Source of the DNA: Candidatus Micrarchaeota archaeon | Lineage (GTDB): Archaea > Micrarchaeota > Micrarchaeia > Anstonellales > Bilamarchaeaceae | Assembly (NCBI GenBank): GCA_038046765.1 | Contig: JBBSVN010000004.1 | Location: 1 to 64,000 of the forward strand | Direction of reading: 5' to 3' | DNA: 64,000 nt | In this document: in pieces, positions 50,133 to 59,148 of the stretch | How the letters are laid out: the number at the start of each line of letters is the position of its first letter | Numbering within the stretch: position 1 is the stretch's first letter | Position numbers and translations under genes: made by a program | The notes under the pieces: model-generated | The model's database searches: none | Told to the model about the DNA's origin: nothing | The model's input: only the letters and a program-made list of their open reading frames with translations

Positions 50133-50519
50133 ATGAAGTCCAAAATTATAATTGAAAAATATTTCAAAGCACTCGAAACGGGAAATTATGAACAGATGAT
50201 AAAATTATTCACACCAGATGCAGTAGTTCATTCTCCAGTATATGGTAATGTAAAAGCAAACGAATTTTATAAGAAATTATTTTCTGATACGTCTGAATCA
50301 AAAATTATATTATTAAATATTTTTGAAGGCAAAGACAACTTTACAGGCGCATGCCATTTTATGTATGATTGGAAACTTGCCAATGGAAAAGATATTTCTT
50401 TTGAATGTGTTGATGTATTCAAATTTTCTGATAGTGGACTTATCAAGGAACTTACAATTATTTATGATGCATCAGCGACTAGGCCAGCGCTCAAAAGGAT
50501 AAATAAAAATACAGGTTAG
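50133..50519 (+). CDS. NTF2/SnoaL-like protein
   Basis: YFKAL..LFTPDAVVHSP..VDVFKF..IKELTIIYD. Confidence 0.85.
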   Translation: MKSKIIIEKYFKALETGNYEQMIKLFTPDAVVHSPVYGNVKANEFYKKLFSDTSESKIILLNIFEGKDNFTGACHFMYDWKLANGKDISFECVDVFKFSDSGLIKELTIIYDASATRPALKRINKNTG

Positions 50520-50524
50520 TAATT

Positions 50525-51061
50525 ATGAATAAATTTATTTGCCTAATTCGAGGAATAAACGTCAGCGGTCAGAAATTAGTAAACATGAAAGAATTAACTA
50601 AACTACTAGAAACGCTGGAACTTAGGAATGTAAAAACGTATATTCAAAGTGGCAATATAATTTTTGAAAGCGAACCCAGCGATTGCAAAGAACTTGAGAA
50701 AAAGATAGCTAGCATAATAGAACAAAGATTTGGTTTTTCTGTTAACGCATTAGTTAAAAGTAAAGATGGCTTTTTAGAAATTGCAAAAAATAATCCATTT
50801 TTAGGTAAGCCAAATATCGATTTGACAAAGTTGCATATTACTTTTTTGTCTAAATTACCAGCAAAAATACCGAAAGAAGAAATCGAAAAAGTTAAATCTA
50901 GCTCTGAAGAATTTCTAATTACTAAAGATGTCATTTATCTGTATTTGCCAGATGGTTATGGAAGAACAAAAATATCAAACAATTTCTTTGAAAAAAAGCT
51001 TGTGGTTAATGCAACAACTAGAAACTGGAAGACGATGATGGCATTAACTCAAATGATTTGA
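50525..51061 (+). CDS. DUF1697 family protein
   Basis: LIRGINVSG, VKTYIQSGN, TTRNWKT. Confidence 0.9.
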   Translation: MNKFICLIRGINVSGQKLVNMKELTKLLETLELRNVKTYIQSGNIIFESEPSDCKELEKKIASIIEQRFGFSVNALVKSKDGFLEIAKNNPFLGKPNIDLTKLHITFLSKLPAKIPKEEIEKVKSSSEEFLITKDVIYLYLPDGYGRTKISNNFFEKKLVVNATTRNWKTMMALTQMI

Positions 51062-51063
51062 AT

Positions 51064-51804
51064 TCATTTCTTTATTATCCAAATCATTTCTTGTTTTTCA
51101 TCCTTTAATTTTTCTCCCTTAAATCCACCGTAAACAGTCCAAATCTTGAAACCCGCCATTTTAAGAAGTAATTCGAACTCTTTTTTATAAATGTAACAAA
51201 GCTGTATCTGAAGTTTTTTGTAAACTTGGCCTTTAGTATCAGTTAAAAAAGAAGTCGCATGGATTAACTGATTGATAGGTTCATAATGCGTTTGTTCTTG
51301 GTTTAGATACTTTATTCCCTTTATCCATACGACCTGTTTTTTTGTTTTTATTCCTAAGTTTCTTTTTGCCATTACAGTAAAATTTGGATAAAAGAAGTTA
51401 ATTATTAGTTTTCCACCTTTCTTGAGATGCTCCTTAAAGTTCTTGAGAGTTTTAATCTGATCTTCGCTAGATTCAACATGATTAAATGCACGATAAGGGA
51501 CAATAATTAGATTGTATTTCTTATGTGCATTGAAATTTTGCATATCTGCTTTCCACACCGTAGGTGCAAGACCCATGACTTGTGCTTTTCGATTAAGAAC
51601 ATCAAGCATCTTTGGAGAAATGTCTATTCCTTCAATGTCTACACCATTTTTAAGCAAACAGAGAAGAACCCTTCCAGTTCCACAAGCAATCTCTAATACC
51701 TTGCCTTTAGTTTTCTTTGCTTGTTTAAGATAGAACTCTAAGTCTCCCTGTGTACCAACATAAACGGAATCGTAAAATTCTGCAAATTTATTGTAATTTT
51801 TCAT
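51064..51804 (-). CDS. Class I SAM-dependent methyltransferase
   Basis: VLEIACGTGR, GIDISPKML, HLKKGG. Confidence 0.9.
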   Translation of the reverse strand: MKNYNKFAEFYDSVYVGTQGDLEFYLKQAKKTKGKVLEIACGTGRVLLCLLKNGVDIEGIDISPKMLDVLNRKAQVMGLAPTVWKADMQNFNAHKKYNLIIVPYRAFNHVESSEDQIKTLKNFKEHLKKGGKLIINFFYPNFTVMAKRNLGIKTKKQVVWIKGIKYLNQEQTHYEPINQLIHATSFLTDTKGQVYKKLQIQLCYIYKKEFELLLKMAGFKIWTVYGGFKGEKLKDEKQEMIWIIKK

Positions 51805-51840
51805 ATAATTTAATCGAACATCAAAATTATTAACCGATGC

Positions 51841-52626
51841 TTAAATTATATTTTTCACAAACCCTTTGACATCACTTAATGCTTTTTCTTCTTCATTTAA
51901 TTTTCCGTTTTTATCAATGTATTTTGTGTAAATATTAATTATTTTACTTCCAACAATTACGCCATCTGCACCGGCTCGAATAAATTCCAGTGATTGCTCT
52001 TTATTTGAAATACCAAAACCAACAAAAAGATTATTTTTTCTGTTATTTATTTTGGCCAAATTTTGTGCAAATTCTTTTACTGATTTGACAAATTTTAAAC
52101 TTTCAATACTCGTACTAGTTCTTGCTCCTGTAGTTCCGGCAACTGAAACCAAGTATGTAAACAGCTTTTCTTTTTGAAGAATTTTTCTAGAGCGATCTAT
52201 TTGGGTGTTAGAAGAAATCAAATTAACTATCGAAATATTGTATTTTTCCGTCAGATTTTCAAATGTTTTATCTTCTTCAAACGGCAGATCTGGAATAATA
52301 ATTCCTTGAACTCCTACTTTGGCCATCCTCTGCAAGAAATTTTCCCTTCCATACGCATAAACAATGTTATAATAAGTCATGAAAACAAATGGAGTTTTGA
52401 TGTGTTCTTTCCTTAGAGTTTCTACCATCGAAAAGATTTTATCTGTGTTTGCTCCGCTTTTAAGAGCACGTTCGCTTGCTCCTTGAATCGTTTTTCCATC
52501 TGCAATCGGATCTGAAAAAGGAATCCCTAATTCTATTAAATAAGAATAAGGCGCGAGAGTTTTAACTAACTTGTAAGTAAAATCCAAATTCGGATCGCCA
52601 CAACAAACATAAGGAATAAATTTCAT
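51841..52626 (-). CDS. trpA: Tryptophan synthase alpha chain
   Basis: [33 protein letters not shown]. Confidence 0.96.
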   Translation of the reverse strand: MKFIPYVCCGDPNLDFTYKLVKTLAPYSYLIELGIPFSDPIADGKTIQGASERALKSGANTDKIFSMVETLRKEHIKTPFVFMTYYNIVYAYGRENFLQRMAKVGVQGIIIPDLPFEEDKTFENLTEKYNISIVNLISSNTQIDRSRKILQKEKLFTYLVSVAGTTGARTSTSIESLKFVKSVKEFAQNLAKINNRKNNLFVGFGISNKEQSLEFIRAGADGVIVGSKIINIYTKYIDKNGKLNEEEKALSDVKGFVKNII

Positions 52627-53807
52627 AGATTTTCAGCCTCGTTTTGCTCTAACTTTGAAATTCGATCAACATCCTTGTCTCCTCTTCCGGAAAGGTTGAC
52701 AATAACTACAGAATCCTTCTGTGCAATCTTTGCAAGTTTTGGTAAGTATGCAATTGCATGAGCACTTTCAAGAGCAGGAATAATTCCCTCATCTTTAGAT
52801 AGAGAATAGAATGCGGCAAGTGCTTCGTTATCATCTATCGAAACATACTTAGCACGTTTACTATCGTGCAAATTTGCATGTTCTGGCCCAATAGCAGGAT
52901 AATCTAAACCAGCCGATATAGAATGTGTTTCTCTTACTTGCCCAAAATTATCTTGTAGTAAATAAGTAAGCGTCCCATGCAGTACTCCTTTCTTACCATC
53001 ACCGCTTATTCTTGCTGCATGTTTTTTAGTACTAAGACCTAACCCTCCAGCTTCAACTCCGATCATTTTAACATTTTTATGTTTTAAAAAAGCGGAAAAT
53101 AATCCTATTGCATTGCTTCCCCCACCAACGCAAGCAAGTAGATAATCGGGTAGCTTCCCTTCTTTTTCAAGAATTTGTTTTTCTGCCTCAACTCCAATAA
53201 CTGATTGGAAATGTTTTACTATACTAGGATACGGGTATGGACCAAGCGCCGAACCTAAAATGTAATGCGTATCTTTGAAATTTGTCGCATAATCCCGAAG
53301 CGCTTCATTTACGGCATCTTTTAATGTTTGTGAGCCAGATTCGACAATCTTAACCTCTGATCCAAGCAATTTCATCCTATAAACATTAAGCGCTTGACGC
53401 TCGGCATCTACTTTGCCCATGTAAACAACGCATTCTAAACCAAATAACGCTGCTGCAGTTGCGCTAGCTACACCATGTTGACCAGCTCCAGTTTCTGCGA
53501 TGATTCTTTTTTTATTCATGTATTTTGCTAAAAGTGCTTGACCAATTGTATTATTTATTTTATGAGCACCAGTATGTAGAAGGTCTTCTCGTTTAAGGTA
53601 AATTCTAAGACCAAATCTTTTACTTAGGTTTTCTGCAAAATAAAGCGGAGTAGGCCGCCCCGCATAATCTTTTAAGTAGTCCTCAAGTTTTTTATTAAAT
53701 TCTTTATCTGCAATTGCTCTTGCAAAACTTTCTTCAAGCTCTTGTAGTACCGGAACTAGTAATTCTGAAACGTATTGTCCGCCAAATTCTCCGAAGTTTT
53801 TTTGCAT
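52623..53807 (-). CDS. trpB: Tryptophan synthase beta chain (TrpB1)
   Basis: [36 protein letters not shown]. Confidence 0.97.
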   Translation of the reverse strand: MQKNFGEFGGQYVSELLVPVLQELEESFARAIADKEFNKKLEDYLKDYAGRPTPLYFAENLSKRFGLRIYLKREDLLHTGAHKINNTIGQALLAKYMNKKRIIAETGAGQHGVASATAAALFGLECVVYMGKVDAERQALNVYRMKLLGSEVKIVESGSQTLKDAVNEALRDYATNFKDTHYILGSALGPYPYPSIVKHFQSVIGVEAEKQILEKEGKLPDYLLACVGGGSNAIGLFSAFLKHKNVKMIGVEAGGLGLSTKKHAARISGDGKKGVLHGTLTYLLQDNFGQVRETHSISAGLDYPAIGPEHANLHDSKRAKYVSIDDNEALAAFYSLSKDEGIIPALESAHAIAYLPKLAKIAQKDSVVIVNLSGRGDKDVDRISKLEQNEAENL

Positions 53808-53808
53808 T

Positions 53809-54585
53809 TTACAGAACACCTTTTAATTCGCGTATCTTTGCTTCTTGATTATCAGCTTTCCAAAGCGCAGATCCAACAAGTATCCCATTTGCTCCTGCAA
53901 CCTTGACAAACTTTGCATCCGCATAAGATTTGATTCCGCTTTCGCTTATAACAGGTTTATTTATCGTTCCACTAGCAGCAAGTATATCTTTAGTTCGATT
54001 CAGGTCAACTTTTAATGTTTGTAAATCTCGATTATTTATCCCTAGAACATCTGCCTTTGTTTTAGCTGCTCTTTTCATTTCATTTGCATTATAACACTCG
54101 AGCAAAACATCAAGACCGTTCTCATGAGCTAAATCTATAAAACTGTTAACATCCAGATTTAATCTGTCCATAACTTTCATTATTAAAAGAATACAATCTG
54201 CCCCATAATGTTTTGCAGCTTTAATCTGGACTGGGTCAATTACAAAATCCTTAAATAAAACCGGGAGTCCCGTTTCTTTAGCAATAGCTAAATTGTTCAA
54301 ATTTCCCTTGAATATTTTTGGTTCAACCACAACTGAAATCGCATCTGATCCACATTCCTTAAACCGCTTTGCTGTTTTTTCCACATCGATATTTTCAAAG
54401 GAGTATTCCCCAGCCGGTGAAGCATGTTTTATTTCAGAAATTAATATGAAACCACAATCACGTATTTTCTTTAGTAAGCTAACATGTTCAAAACTATTTT
54501 TAGTAATTTTTGCATCGTTTATATCGTAATAACCCGTCCGTACACTTTCTTTTGCGCATTCGATAAATTTATCTAGTATATCCAT
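53809..54585 (-). CDS. trpC: Indole-3-glycerol phosphate synthase
   Basis: EIKHASP, KDF, GINNRDL, SESGI; no fused TrpF domain. Confidence 0.95.
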   Translation of the reverse strand: MDILDKFIECAKESVRTGYYDINDAKITKNSFEHVSLLKKIRDCGFILISEIKHASPAGEYSFENIDVEKTAKRFKECGSDAISVVVEPKIFKGNLNNLAIAKETGLPVLFKDFVIDPVQIKAAKHYGADCILLIMKVMDRLNLDVNSFIDLAHENGLDVLLECYNANEMKRAAKTKADVLGINNRDLQTLKVDLNRTKDILAASGTINKPVISESGIKSYADAKFVKVAGANGILVGSALWKADNQEAKIRELKGVL

Positions 54586-55550
54586 TAGTATCGCCTCAAC
54601 ATTTCTAATTTTTCAAGTGATTTGCCTGAATCAATTGATTTTTCTGCAAGAGTTACCCCATATCTTATACTACCTGCGATTCCACTAACGTAAATTGCAG
54701 CACCTGCATTAAGAAGAACGATTTCACGAGCTGGTCCTTCTTTGCAATTTAACACTTCTAGAATTATGTTTGCACTTTCTTTTCGATCATTTGCACATAT
54801 TTTATCTAAACTTGAACGCTTAAACCCAAAATCTTCTGGCGAAATGGAATATAAATTAATTTTATAATTAGAGATTTCGCTTATGTTCGTATCCGCACTT
54901 ATACTGATTTCGTCAGTATCACTAGAAACAATCAAGGTTTTTTCTGTACCAATTTCACGAACGGATTTTGATAATTTCTCCAGAAGCGAAGCATCGTAAA
55001 CTCCAATGACCTGTCTTTTAGCATTTGCTGGGTTAGTTAATGGGCCAAGGACATTGAAAATAGTCTTAAAACCAAGCTCGCGTCTAGCTTCTGCAACGTT
55101 TTTCATTGCAGGATGATAAATGCGTGCAAAAAGGAACCCGATTCCGATCTCTTCGATTTGTTTTTCTACAGCTTTAGGTTCCAAATCAATCTTTACTCCA
55201 AGAGCTTCTAAGACATCAGAACTTCCGCATTTACTAGAAGCGGATCTATTACCATGTTTTGCAATGTTTACCCCTGCTCCTGCTGCAACAATTGCACTAG
55301 CTGTTGAAATGTTGAATGTATGATTGCCATCGCCTCCAGTTCCAGCAGTATCAACTAAATTTTTAACTTTTGAAGAAATCTTAACCATTTTTTCTTTCAT
55401 TAAATTTGCAAATGCAGCAATTTCTTCGCAAGTAACATTTTCGATTTTTAATTCTGTAAGAAAGGTTGCAATCTGAGAAGGATTATATCGATTTTCAAGA
55501 ATTTCTCTGAAGATTCTTATTTCTTCTTGTAATTGCAACTTGTCAACCAT
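54585..55550 (-). CDS. trpD: Anthranilate phosphoribosyltransferase
   Basis: GTGGDG..NIST, KHGNR, GPLTNP. Confidence 0.96.
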   Translation of the reverse strand: MVDKLQLQEEIRIFREILENRYNPSQIATFLTELKIENVTCEEIAAFANLMKEKMVKISSKVKNLVDTAGTGGDGNHTFNISTASAIVAAGAGVNIAKHGNRSASSKCGSSDVLEALGVKIDLEPKAVEKQIEEIGIGFLFARIYHPAMKNVAEARRELGFKTIFNVLGPLTNPANAKRQVIGVYDASLLEKLSKSVREIGTEKTLIVSSDTDEISISADTNISEISNYKINLYSISPEDFGFKRSSLDKICANDRKESANIILEVLNCKEGPAREIVLLNAGAAIYVSGIAGSIRYGVTLAEKSIDSGKSLEKLEMLRRY

Positions 55551-56133
55551 CTTTAGCACCATCTAAAAAGTTCTTAAGTATTTGTTTTCCTTCTTCGCTC
55601 ATTATAGATTCTGGATGAAATTGAATTCCAAATATTGGAAATTGTTTATGTCTTAGTGCCATTATTACATTGTCATCTGTACTTCTTGCAATAATTTCTA
55701 AACAACTAGGTAATGAAAATTCATCAGCAATTAATGAGTGATAGCGCATAATACTTAGAGGATTTTTTATATTCTTGAAAAGCCCATTTCCATTGTGGTT
55801 TATCTGACTAGTCTTTCCGTGCATTGGTTTTTGTGCTTTTATTACCCTGCCACCAAATGCGTTAGCTATGCCCTGATGCCCTAAACAAATACCTAAAACG
55901 GGAATAGACTTTCCAAGTTCTAGAATAACTTCCTTGCATTTACCAAAATCACGTTCATTTTCAGGATTGCCTGGCCCTGGTGAAATGACAATTTTAGAAT
56001 AATTCTTTTTCTTGATTTCTTCCAAATTAATTTGATTATTTCTGATTATATCTACCTTGCAACCTAATTCTCCTAGGTATTGATATAGGTTATATACGAA
56101 TGAATCAAAATTATCAATTAACAGAACGTTCAT
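55543..56133 (-). CDS. trpG: Anthranilate synthase glutamine amidotransferase subunit
   Basis: IDNFDSF, SPGPG, GICLGHQ, RYHSL, QFHPES. Confidence 0.96.
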   Translation of the reverse strand: MNVLLIDNFDSFVYNLYQYLGELGCKVDIIRNNQINLEEIKKKNYSKIVISPGPGNPENERDFGKCKEVILELGKSIPVLGICLGHQGIANAFGGRVIKAQKPMHGKTSQINHNGNGLFKNIKNPLSIMRYHSLIADEFSLPSCLEIIARSTDDNVIMALRHKQFPIFGIQFHPESIMSEEGKQILKNFLDGAKDG

Positions 56134-57463
56134 ATTTTTCTTCACCTATGGCTAAGAGTAATGGTTTTGCTTTTTGCTCGGTTTCTTCATACTCTTTTTG
56201 AGGAACGCTATCATAAACTATTCCCGCTCCCGATTGTATATATGCTTTATTTTTGTTTGAAAATAAAGTACGAATTCCTATTGCAAAATCCGCATTGTCA
56301 TTTGAAGAGAAGTACCCAACTGCCCCGGAGTATGGGCCGCGATTAGTTTTTTCTAATTCTTTTATAATTTCAATTGCACGTATTTTTGGAGCACCGGAAA
56401 CAGTTCCAGCAGGAAATATCGCTTCAAAAACATCTCCAGAATTTTTTCCTTCTTTTAGTTTGCCTTTTACAATTGAAGAGATGTGCTGGACATGCGAATA
56501 CTTACTAACTTTCATAAATTCTGGAACCGATACCGAACCGATTGCTGCGACTTTGCCAATGTCATTTCTTGTTAAATCAACAAGCATAAGATGTTCTGCT
56601 CTTTCTTTTGGATCATTAAGAAGTTCTGTTTCAAGTCGTTTATCTTCTTCAACAGTTTCCCCCCGTTTTCTTGTTCCAGCTAAAGTAGCATAGCTCGTAA
56701 TTTCTTGCCCTTCTAATCGAACTAGGTTTTCAGGACTAGAGCCAATAATTTGCCTCTCATCAAATTTCAGATAAAACATGTAGGGTGAGGGATTTATTGC
56801 CCTTAATTTTTTATAAAAAGAAATTAAGTTCCCAGAGTATTTTACTTCATATCGCTTTGAGAGTACAGATTGGAAAATGTCTCCGTTTCTTATGTGATCT
56901 TGTGCAATTTCTACATTTTCACAAAATTGTTCTTTAGTCAAATTACATTTTTTATTATACATTTCTAAAGGAGATGTGGAAAAAGAAGAATCTTTAACAG
57001 AATTTAGAATTTCATTTACTCGGTTTTCTTTTTGATAGACATATCTTAGAGTATTATTTAGATGATCGTAGATAATTACATCTTCATATATTCCGAATTC
57101 AAAATCAGGAAACCTCAGATCATTTTGAGTTTGTGCAGTAAACTTTTCTATATAATTTACATATTCAAAAGAGAAATAACCTACTGCTCCTCCAAAAAAT
57201 CCCTTTTCTTCTAGAGATGTTCTTGGAATGCATGATTTTAGGTCTTTTATCGGACTAATTGTATCTAGTTCTTGCCCATCGACCGTGATTACTCCACGAT
57301 TTAACTTTACTGTTTTTGTTGGAGAAAATCCTAAGAATGAGAATCTTGCCCTTTTTTGGTCTCCTTCGCTACTTTCAAGTAAGAAAGATGCACAAAAATG
57401 TTCATTTAGTATTGAGTATAAATCAGTTGGACTAACGTGCAAATCTAGATCTACTTTATGCAA
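56114..57463 (-). CDS. trpE: Anthranilate synthase component I (start uncertain: TTG 57463, or +1 frameshift from the uORF)
   Basis: LLES, NPSPYM, EHLMLVDL, PAGTVSGAPK, GAGIV. Confidence 0.96.
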   Translation of the reverse strand: MHKVDLDLHVSPTDLYSILNEHFCASFLLESSEGDQKRARFSFLGFSPTKTVKLNRGVITVDGQELDTISPIKDLKSCIPRTSLEEKGFFGGAVGYFSFEYVNYIEKFTAQTQNDLRFPDFEFGIYEDVIIYDHLNNTLRYVYQKENRVNEILNSVKDSSFSTSPLEMYNKKCNLTKEQFCENVEIAQDHIRNGDIFQSVLSKRYEVKYSGNLISFYKKLRAINPSPYMFYLKFDERQIIGSSPENLVRLEGQEITSYATLAGTRKRGETVEEDKRLETELLNDPKERAEHLMLVDLTRNDIGKVAAIGSVSVPEFMKVSKYSHVQHISSIVKGKLKEGKNSGDVFEAIFPAGTVSGAPKIRAIEIIKELEKTNRGPYSGAVGYFSSNDNADFAIGIRTLFSNKNKAYIQSGAGIVYDSVPQKEYEETEQKAKPLLLAIGEEKYERSVN

Positions 57464-57497
57464 GCCAAAGTAAATCCCTTTTTCCTGTATTCTGCAA
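57456..57497 (-). CDS. Trp-codon uORF MQNTGKRDLLWLA overlapping the trpE start
   Basis: GAGGTG SD (57509-57504) 6 nt before TTG 57497; AGG GAT TTA CTT TGG CTT GCA TAA. Confidence 0.6.
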   Translation of the reverse strand: MQNTGKRDLLWLA

Positions 57498-57556
57498 ATC
57501 TAGCACCTCAATAAAATTATTTTGATTAATAATCGAATTGCTGTCTAGCATATATT

Positions 57557-57582
57557 TAAACATTTGTGTACAAAAATATACA
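57557..57582. promoter_or_regulatory. TRP-box-like operator between trpE and the regulator
   Basis: TAAACA-N4-TGTACA-N4-TATACA overlapping the TATA-like TTTAAA. Confidence 0.7.
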
Positions 57583-57583
57583 T

Positions 57584-58084
57584 ATGCTCGATATTCTTGA
57601 AAAATTCTTTGAAAATGCACGAGGAAGGAAACTTGTTGCTATTGAATTTTTACGTTTAGGATTAAAGGTAGATGGAACAGGTAAGATATATGTTGGTGAA
57701 ATAGAAATAGCTCCCACTAAGATTGGTAGAGCACTTGGAGTTGACCGGAGAGTAGTAATAGAAACAGCAAAAGAAATAGCGAATGATGAGAAACTACTAC
57801 AAATATTTTACAAACTTGAATCAAGGTCATTTATTGCGAATGCAGCAAAAGAATTTGGTTTTGATGTGGTTGAACTTAGAGCTAATCCAAAAGCAAAAGG
57901 AATTGTAGCAGAAGTTACTAAGATTTTAGCTGATTGCGGAATTGTTATTCGTCAAATTATAACTGATGATCCAGAATTATTTCCTGATCCTGTTTTGACA
58001 ATCATAATTAATGGAAAACTTAATGCAAAAGTAGTAAAAAAACTGAAGGAATTAAGTTTTATGGAGTCATTGAAGATCAGATAA
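57584..58084 (+). CDS. trpY: ACT-domain amino-acid regulator (COG2150/TrpY-like), divergent from the trp operon
   Basis: IEIAPTKIGRALGVDRRVV, GIVAEV..GIVIRQ..DDPEL; gene context. Confidence 0.8.
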   Translation: MLDILEKFFENARGRKLVAIEFLRLGLKVDGTGKIYVGEIEIAPTKIGRALGVDRRVVIETAKEIANDEKLLQIFYKLESRSFIANAAKEFGFDVVELRANPKAKGIVAEVTKILADCGIVIRQIITDDPELFPDPVLTIIINGKLNAKVVKKLKELSFMESLKIR

Positions 58085-58101
58085 AAACGCAAACTAAAAA
58101 T

Positions 58102-59090
58102 TTAGTCTAATTTATAGCATCCTCTGAATTCATGCGAAAGAAAATCAAGGCAAACACTTATCAATTTACCTTCCAAAACTTCCTGCAAAGATAATACCTG
58201 TAAAGCATTACTAACTATGGTTTCAATGTGGTGGCGAACAAGTATTTCTTTATTTATTGTTTGAGAACCGTTCCATCGCGCTGTAAGAATTTCTTTTAGT
58301 TTATCAACATCCAACTTAAGTAAATTTTCTAGATTATGAACTATAGATAATCCAAGGATATCAGGTAACAAAATACCTTGCATATGTAAACTAACCATAA
58401 AGTTAGGTTGATAAGAACCTAATTCAATAAAACTTCCACTGTGAAATGAAGATGCAACATCTTCAAGCAATATTGCGCCACTAAGATTTAATAAAAATTC
58501 TGGATCAGGATGAGACAGACTAACAGGTCGTTTCCATGCTAATTGATCAGAAAGCACATCCATGCTGCCATTAATTAAATTTCTATTAGGATAATGGTAC
58601 ACGCTACTTTGATAACCTATAAGAAAGCGTAAATGAGGCAAACCATCAAGAACATCTGCTTGTTCAACAATGATTAAACCAGCTAGTGCACGATTAGAAT
58701 AAGTTAAACATAAATCATTATCACCAATGATTTTCATACCTTTATGGTCGGAAAATAAAAAGTGGAAATCATCTGATTCAATTCGATAGTGTAAAGCTAA
58801 AAACGGAGAAATCCGCCTTGTGATTGAATTTATTCGATATTCATAAGAGAATAATTCTTTAAATTCTTTAGCAAGTGCTTGAGGTGCTTCCCCTCTGAAT
58901 TCGGCAGATTTTTCTGCATCGGCAAAGGGTTTAAGAACACGCGTTCTTCTAGAAGATTCATTAATTGCAATTTTTCTAAAAGCAGATATTCTTTGAGCTA
59001 ATGGTAGTGCATAAAAAGCCTTGGCTTCTTGTATTTTTTGAAGACCTTTGTCCCGTCGATAATCATAAGCAGTTTTCGTAGCATTTTTCA
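58102..59090 (-). CDS. Hypothetical protein
   Basis: Long ORF, probable start MKNATK; no motif recognised. Confidence 0.65.
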
Positions 59091-59148
59091 TAGTATTTAT
59101 TATAGGTAGAAGTGTATATAAATATATCCTTTTTACCACAATATCAAA

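Noticed and set aside
57498..57551. Longer 31-codon version of the trp uORF from ATG 57551
   Set aside because: The ATG directly abuts the TATA-like box and is probably upstream of the transcription start; the SD favours TTG 57497
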